NCBI RefSeq assembly: GCF_008831285.2
Contig: NC_045138.2
Coordinates: forward strand, 8,494,001-8,558,000
Direction: 5' to 3'
DNA length: 64,000 nt
DNA from: Nymphaea colorata
Taxonomy: Eukaryota
Part shown: in pieces, positions 56,801 through 64,000 of the stretch
Layout: every line of letters begins with the position of its first letter
How positions within the stretch are numbered: position 1 is the stretch's first letter
The notes under the pieces: generated by a model
What the model was told of the DNA's origin: nothing
Databases searched by the model: none
The model's input: the letters and a program-made list of their open reading frames with translations, nothing else
Position numbers and translations under genes: made by a program

Positions 56801-57994
56801 TATAAACTTAAGTAATCGAGCTAACACATGCATGTGGTGAAGTAAGAGCTTAGCCGCGAGCAGTAAATAATCGATCAAACATGTAACAAAATGGGACATT
56901 GGATTGCTTCTTGAGAATAGATGGGCAATATGTGCTGATGAATATACCTGTAAAAACTAGTGCATTCCTTAATAGTTGCTAGGAAAGAGGTTACATCATA
57001 AGCGAAATCAGCATCAGCGAGCAGCAAAGCAATCACGATCTGTCAAGAGAGAAACCCCTGCAACAGTGATGCTTAGTCAATAGCAAGAAGTTCCTATATG
57101 TGATATAAAACCATATCCATTAAAAGCGATCACTCCAAGGGCTTATACTACAGAGAGAAGGAGAGATAAGTTTACACGAGTGGAGAATCGATTGGAGGAT
57201 GAGCGATTAAAAGGAGGATAGAGGAGAAAGATCACGACTACATGATCGAGCAACAGGTCTCTCTGTAGGAAACCATATCTGACTACTTCATTGATCAACG
57301 TGTTAAACAAAGCCTCTCTCTATCGATCTCATTGGAGTCTTCTCTCTCCCTCTTTTCCTCTCTCCATCAACAACCACAAGAAGGCTTCGATTGGGCAAAT
57401 CTCCACGTAGATGAAGAGGTGAGTTTTGTAGATCAGCACTTCCTTTCCTTTTTCAGCATCTCCCAAATTGGCCAAATCTCCATGATATTAGTTGCTGCGG
57501 AGAGTCTCCACGAAGCTTCCCCTGATTCACCACAGGAGGAAAAAATCAGAAATAGCTCCAGCGGTACATGGGGAAAAAATAAAATCGGCCGATCCTTAAT
57601 GGCGGGGGGCATTATCCGCTCCTGCTTATGCGTTGGAACTAGCGGATAAATGCATTTGGTTAGTGAGAGTAACAAGAAGGAAAACAGAAAAAAAAAATGT
57701 ATTCTAAAAAAGTTGGATATGGAAATTTTTAATTTGCAGTGGCAATATTTTGAGGAATATTGAGGTCAGATATTGTATTAAGAATGATCACTTCAATTAA
57801 ACTCAGTTGTTTTGTTTCACAGCTTTCTATTGACTATGCTTATTGGCCTGAGGCATTGCATGTAGCGTGACCGGCTTGGTTTAGATGGCTAGTCCTAGGT
57901 TCGAGGGGCATGGACACACTTTTTAGTTTTTATGTCAAGAGTATGAAAGCAAATGCAGGCTTTAACTTAGGCATGATGCAACTTTGAATCCTGC

Positions 57995-58325
57995 ACTGAG
58001 CTTGGGCATCGGGTTGGGTGGGGCCTGCCTAAAAAAAAGTTAGGTTCGGGCCACCTCAACACCTGAAACTCGAGCCAAAACTTACCTGAAACTCGAGCCA
58101 AAACTTACCGACACTTAAAAACTCAAGCTCAAGCTCAAGCGCAACCAGATTAAATTAAAAATTATATATATTTAATACATAAATAATAATTAATCATAAT
58201 CAAAAAATATTATGGAGCCCACCGGCACTTAATTACACCCACTTGAACTGGCTCAATAATTGATCAGGCCGGCCCGGTGCCTCTTTTTTTGGGCTCGAGT
58301 CAAACCGAGTATCTAGCCCGACACT
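57995..58325. mobile_element. hAT-type MITE remnant
   Basis: GC-rich GGGC/GCCCG arms around an AT-rich core, with an internal tandem duplication of ACCTGAAACTCGAGCCAAAACTT. Similar in layout to 30680-30994. Confidence 0.4.
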
Positions 58326-59418
58326 AAGTCTTATCCTGAACCTTGAGATAGGGGAAAAAGGGTTTTCACAGTAGATCAGCAGGATGAAATATATCCCTCC
58401 ACCATGACCAATATGATCTCTTTTTTCTTTCCATGACAAAATGAAATGTTGATATCACAAATAGATATATATATAATCTTGTTAAAATGTTTGTTAACTT
58501 TTTCTTAAAGAAAAAAATAAAGATTATAAAATGCTTACAAGAAAAATACCGGGGTATCTGGAGAAGGCGGTTGAGCCGGATTGTCCCGGCTTAAATTGTT
58601 TTTAGATGTTCATGGTGGAACTAGTGGATAACTTATTAGTGAAGCAATTGTAGATGACACAAATATTACCCAACCCCTTAAACTTTTGGTAAAAAACAAT
58701 TAAGCGGAATATCGATTAAAAATCAAACTGTAGGGGTTTTTTAATCATTTGAGGGCGTTGTCCCCTTCATTGTAGGTTATTTTTCTTTTGTCAAAAGTAA
58801 TTTTTTCTTTCACAAAATGAAGTTACTTTTTTCTATTTTATTGTTTTGTCTTTATAAGAGGGTTAGCTTGTCCTTTTGAAAGTTTGCTGGGGAATAGGCT
58901 TCTTTCCTTTATTCCAAAGGAATTAGCAACCAATTAATCAACAAGAAGAAAAAGGAAACAAGAAAGAACTGCACGAAAAAAAAATGTTTAGCAACTGCCA
59001 TCACAAAAACTGCTAGGAGCCATGGATAGAGACTCCTCGCATCATCCATCCAATCGGACAGACCATCAGATTTATTTAGGGGATACTGTATTTGGTTATA
59101 CCCTTATATTTCCAAGATTTTGGAGCGTAAGTGGACATACAATGCACCTTCAACTTGCATGTCGTATTTGCTACGCCGTTTCAACCTAAAAGAATAACAT
59201 AGTGAAAAGTGATAGCAGCTATGAATTTCGAATCTCAAGCTCCTTGGATGTAAACCGCCTTGCCCGTTGCATTATGCCCCTTGAGGTGAGTCTGCGTCCC
59301 AAAAGAAACACGTTAAACTCTTACTCAAACCGAAGACTTAAGATCCTGCACTAATTTGTCATCTTTCACAACCCTATCTTTCCATCTGCTCACCACATGA
59401 AATAGTGACAAATTATGA

Positions 59419-59462
<44 letters not shown>

Positions 59463-60025
59463 GGGAATAAATGTTTTATTCAATATATATATATATTGAA
59501 TGCTGAGGATCCAACAAAACCTTCCAAGAGTCATGCTCATGTAGTTTTAAAACATTTTTTCCTGTTACAAATGTCAAAATCAACCGTCAATTAATAAATC
59601 AAAATGGTCTTCAATTTCCACTTGTTGACGAAACTATTTAATAAGAAGAGAGAACAGAGAAATTAATACAGGGCGAGTATCTTTTCAAGTGACATTGCCA
59701 CGATTTTGCTGACAATACAACCATGATAACCTCTCAATTACGTTTAAATCAGTGTCACATGTATAGCGATATTTTCAAAAATATTTGTTATAATAATGAG
59801 AAAAAGAAGAACACCAAAAAAGAGTTAATATCTTCTCGGGTTTCATGTTTCTCTTTTTTAATGTTCATATCATGATAGATTCAAATTTGAACTTAAACTA
59901 AATTATTTTTCATCATTTTCATTTTTAAAGTTTTCCAAGTTTTTCCGGAGACTTTTCTGATTTTTTTTTGGAATAATACTCACGAGAAGTATATTTGTGA
60001 AAATAACAAATGAATACATTTGTGT

Positions 60026-60994
60026 CAGTGGCGGAGCCAGCGTGGGGCAGGTGTGGGCGCTTGCCCACGCCAGCCCAAGTTAGCCCAAAATATTTTTCAA
60101 GTCGTAGCGTAGCCTTCTTCCTCCCTCTCACTCTCTTCACTATGTGTTAAAAATTCATAAGAATTGAGATCTTAAATTCATAGTGTTATCATAAAGATGT
60201 CATGCATGCTGGAGAAGTTACCGAAGATTCTCCTTACCTTAGTCGATTTCCATGGGGAAAAAGAGGCAGACCATAACTCTGGCTTTTTACATAATTGCAA
60301 GAGAGAAATTATTCATGATATGTTTAATTTTCTTAAATATTGTAAAATTTTTAAATGATCTTACACATCTTCACCCTGTGGCCTATTAAAAGCATGCATG
60401 CCGTCTATAATTTATTTGTCTTAACCACATTGAAAAATAATCAAGAATTGTCTTGAATATTTTAAATTTTTTAATTGTCTCGCACGTCTTTACCATGTGG
60501 CCTACTTAGAAGAAATGCATGACATCTTTTCTCTTACCCACATTGAAAAATTATCTTTTCATGTACGAAATTTTTGTGAGATTCGAATTCTTTGTCATAG
60601 ATGATGTCATACACTTTATCAGGGCAGGTACCAAACTAGTCTCCGGGCTCTGCTTGTTCTGGTTAGGCTTGCAGAAGTGAGCCACGATACTTGCAGGAAA
60701 TTATTCGTAAAACATTTAACACCGATTTTCTAAATTTGCATTTTCAATTAATTAAAATCACTTTTCTAATATTCAATAGTATTAATGTGAAAATAAATTT
60801 GTAAATACAAGCCAAATAAAAGGTCAACACTTCCTGGTCATGCTTAGCCAGCTGCTCGTTTAGGCATTTTAGGCTCTGGACCATGCCTTTTTTTATTTTT
60901 TTTTCTTCCTTCCAATAAGATATTTTAAGTTAGAACCAGACTTGAATATTTTAAATAAGTGCCCTACCAACCAATTTTTCTGGCTCCACCACTG
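60026..60994. mobile_element. Non-autonomous hAT element (969 bp) upstream of the GT14 gene
   Basis: TIRs CAGTGGCGGAGCCAG / CTGGCTCCACCACTG (14/15 match) and perfect 8-bp TSD ATTTGTGT (60018-60025, 60995-61002). Confidence 0.92.
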
Positions 60995-61784
60995 ATTTGT
61001 GTTAGAGATGTATGCATCAGCGATTAGTTTCGGCAACGTCACTAGAGGGAATGGTTTTGCAAATTACAGATAAATGTATTGAGGATCTAATTGAGCATCA
61101 GACACGAGTTCTAAAACAGTAAATCAGTAAAAAGAAGGATTTGAAAGTTCCGGATATTGAGAACGAACATGGAAAAGGCTCCTGCGCTAAATAATAGTAC
61201 ATTTCTGTTATGGCTCTAATTAAGCGTCAGCCATGAGTTCTACAAAGTCGGTTAGAGTAATGGATTTGTAAATTACAGAGGGAGTAAGAACGACTATGGA
61301 AAACACTCCTGCTTTAAAGATACTTTCACTGCAACTCACGCCTTCAAAATCTTTGGGTACACGAAGCATCCAAAAGCAGGCGACTGCTGTACGTTTTTAA
61401 CAATTTGTTAACCGCTGAAGAAAACGAAATTCATTTATAGGGCGAGCCGTCGACGTTTACAATCGCCATTATTCACTTCTGAGGAAGATTAAAATGCCCA
61501 ACCATCCCATCAGCGCTTATAGGAATGGTTGAAGGAGCGGTTGACCCTCACCAACAAAGTGTGAACCAAAAGGTGGTGACCAACTTTCTCAATCTTCCTC
61601 CTCCCCAACAAACCTTCTTCATTTTCTCCTCCTTCTTCTTGGCGTTCCCTTCACTCACTACCCGACTCTATCTCCTTCTTTTCCCACCGTCATCCGATGG
61701 CGGTCGCTTTCACTCCGATATGTCCTCGAAGACCCATCAAGCTTTTGCCTTGTTAAGCCCTCTCGCGAGATACCCACTGGGAAA

Positions 61785-62802
61785 ATGAAGCGTCTCTCCC
61801 TGATTTACTCAATCATGGAGAGAAAATGGATCTTTCCTTTAGCCATCGGTTCCATCTTCTCGCTAGTTTTACTCTTCTTAACCACATTGATCACTTCCGA
61901 TGGTACGCCTACCAATGGTTCTCCGTACCCCTCTGTGGTTTTTCCGTTTGGGTTCGGCTACCGCGACGGGAAGCCACTCTTCGTGGAGTCTAAATTGGCG
62001 TCGTCTTCTCCGTCCACTGCCCTGCCTCCTCCCTGTAGACTTGCTTATTTGATCTCTGGTACTGTCGGTGACGGCGAGAGGTTGAAGAGGACTCTTCAAG
62101 CGGTGTACCATCCTCTTAACAGCTACGTAGTTCATCTGGATCTCGAGGCGCCCCCGAAGGAGAGGATTTCGCTTTTCAATTACGTAAGGAAAGATCCGGT
62201 GTTTTCGAGATTCAAGAATGTTCATGTGATTACGAAGTCGAATCTCGTCACTTACAGAGGGTCGACGATGGTGGCCAACACGCTGCACGCTGCGGCATTG
62301 CTGCTGAAGAAGGGGGGAGAGTGGGATTGGTTCATTAACCTCAGTGCTTCGGACTACCCTCTTGTCACTCAAGATGGTATGTCGTTTTCTCTTTGGAATT
62401 CAGAGGTTTCAAGATTTTGATTCTTGCGTAGGGAGTTGCTTGATTTCGAAGGCAAGTATACATTTCCTGTTTGTACCTAATTTTACTTTTTCTTTTGTTT
62501 GTCAAGATCTGTTGCACACCTTTTCATATTTGCCGCGTGATTTGAACTTCATTGAGCACACGAGTAATATTGGATGGAAAGAGTATGTAAACATTCGACT
62601 CTTCGTGATTGTTTCTTTTTGTGATTCTTAAATTTTCGTGACTTGACCTATCTTGCTGAGGGAGTTGGACAACTTAATGAATGCAGATTCCAGAGAGCTA
62701 AGCCCATTATAATAGATCCTGGACTCTACTTGACGAAGAAAGCAGACGTTTTCTGGGTGACACAGAGAAGGAGTGTCCCTACTGCATTTAAACTCTTCAC
62801 AG
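61785..62802 (+). CDS. GT14 / Core-2-I-branching family beta-glucuronosyltransferase (GlcAT14-like), partial; exons 61785-62376, 62507-62582, 62687-62802, remainder beyond the window
   Basis: N-terminal TM anchor, then RLAYLISGTVGDG...YHPLNSYVVHLDLEA...VTYRGSTMVANTLHAAA...WDWFINLSASDYPLVTQD|DLLHTFSYLPRDLNFIEHTSNIGWKE|FQRAKPIIIDPGLY...AFKLFTG. Introns are GT-AG. Confidence 0.93.
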
Positions 62803-64000
62803 GTGAGGTCCTGTCTGTGTTGCTACTTGTTCGGTCGATATCTTTATACTGCTGTCAGCTACACTCGAGATCCTTTATTCTTTGTCCTTAGTTTTTTCTG
62901 GTCCAGTTCTGGTTATGTCTTATGTGAATGATGGTTCTCTATGCTTGTTCAGCATGAGATACCTGATGTTATAAGCTGCTTTTCTGGTTCGTGGGGGAAT
63001 GTATGTGGGTGCAGAGATGCTGACAGGCATTCATGTGTGTTTTGCCTTTCATTGTTTTCTTGTCCTCTTTTTATTTTATATTCATGAATCTTATTTGAAA
63101 GAGGAACAGGTGGGCGGAATAATGATGACAAGCATTCATACTATCTTTTCCCCCTTTCTTTGTTCTTCTAGTTGATTCTATCTCTTACGGTACTGATTAC
63201 TGGTTTTGACCTTCTTCTTTCATGGATAAATTCTTTATATTTTTGTGTCATATTACTGTTTGTATTTCTTGGTAAGTATGGTGCTTTTAACTTGTTAGAT
63301 GCTTTGTGAACATGATGGTTCCATCAGATTTCTTTTTACAACCGGTTTGATGATTATTCTGGAAGAAGTAACTCCTTGATTAGTATGTTTTATGACTTTG
63401 GTTGCCTTTAACAACTTATAAAATTGTAGAGTAACAAAAGAACATGTAGGGAGCAATGAGAACACACTTACCCGCTGGGGCCATGATCTTATAGATATAG
63501 TGGCTGTATCTCAAAATGAAAATGTCTAACCATGGCCAGCTTTTGATCTAGATTTGAAACCATTAGAATGATGCCATATTTTCAAATGGCCAAATTTCTA
63601 TTATTGGATAATCCCAAAAATTTCATTATTTTTCTATCTTTAAAGCACCCAGTTCTGTAAGATCTTCCTCTTCAGGAAACAATTTTCCCACTGAGACCAT
63701 GTAAGTGTTACAACATTTATATTTTATAATAGGGTTGGAATTCTCAGGTAGTTGGTAGCTATGCTGACTATTTAGTTGTTAGGGTTCCACCAGTATGCTC
63801 CAGAATCAGACATGAATAAAGAATAGCACCACATTCCAATGAACATTAGGACTTTGTTTCTTTTTTTCTATATTCACTGGCCTTACTACCTTGTTTGTCT
63901 GTCCAGACCTTCTGATTCCAGGTGATGAGACCTATATGATCATCTTTTACAGTGAAATATCCCATTTGTGATCATGTTTTCTTCATATGTAGCACCTATG

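Noticed and set aside
57815..57835. Partial similarity to miR396 (CACAGCTTTCT)
   Set aside because: Only 11 nt match and no complementary star arm visible.

Overview
Flowering-plant nuclear DNA: AT-rich, intron-containing and rich in (GA/CT)n and (TA)n microsatellites. No prokaryotic features, CRISPR, rRNA or intact tRNA were seen. Five host genes were reconstructed by hand from splice sites: an IQ67-domain (IQD5-like) gene (-, 521-4760), an R2R3-MYB of the MYB35/TDF1 type (+, 19379-22157), an NFD4/nodulin-like MFS transporter (+, 33643-38207), a DUF2039/C9orf85-like gene (-, 39202-42299), and the 5' part of a GT14 (GlcAT14-like) glycosyltransferase (+, from 61785, running off the window). 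Transposons include a complete non-coding 2.0 kb LTR element with TSD just upstream of the MFS gene, two hAT-type non-autonomous elements with perfect 8-bp TSDs, decayed LINEs, and a LINE/Copia/Copia cluster at about 43-52 kb. The most unusual observation is that the DUF2039 reading frame can only be completed if intron 5 uses a non-canonical GA-AG donor (G|GAAAGT). I did not find a convincing new multi-gene system. All family names come from recall of motifs; no database searches were run.
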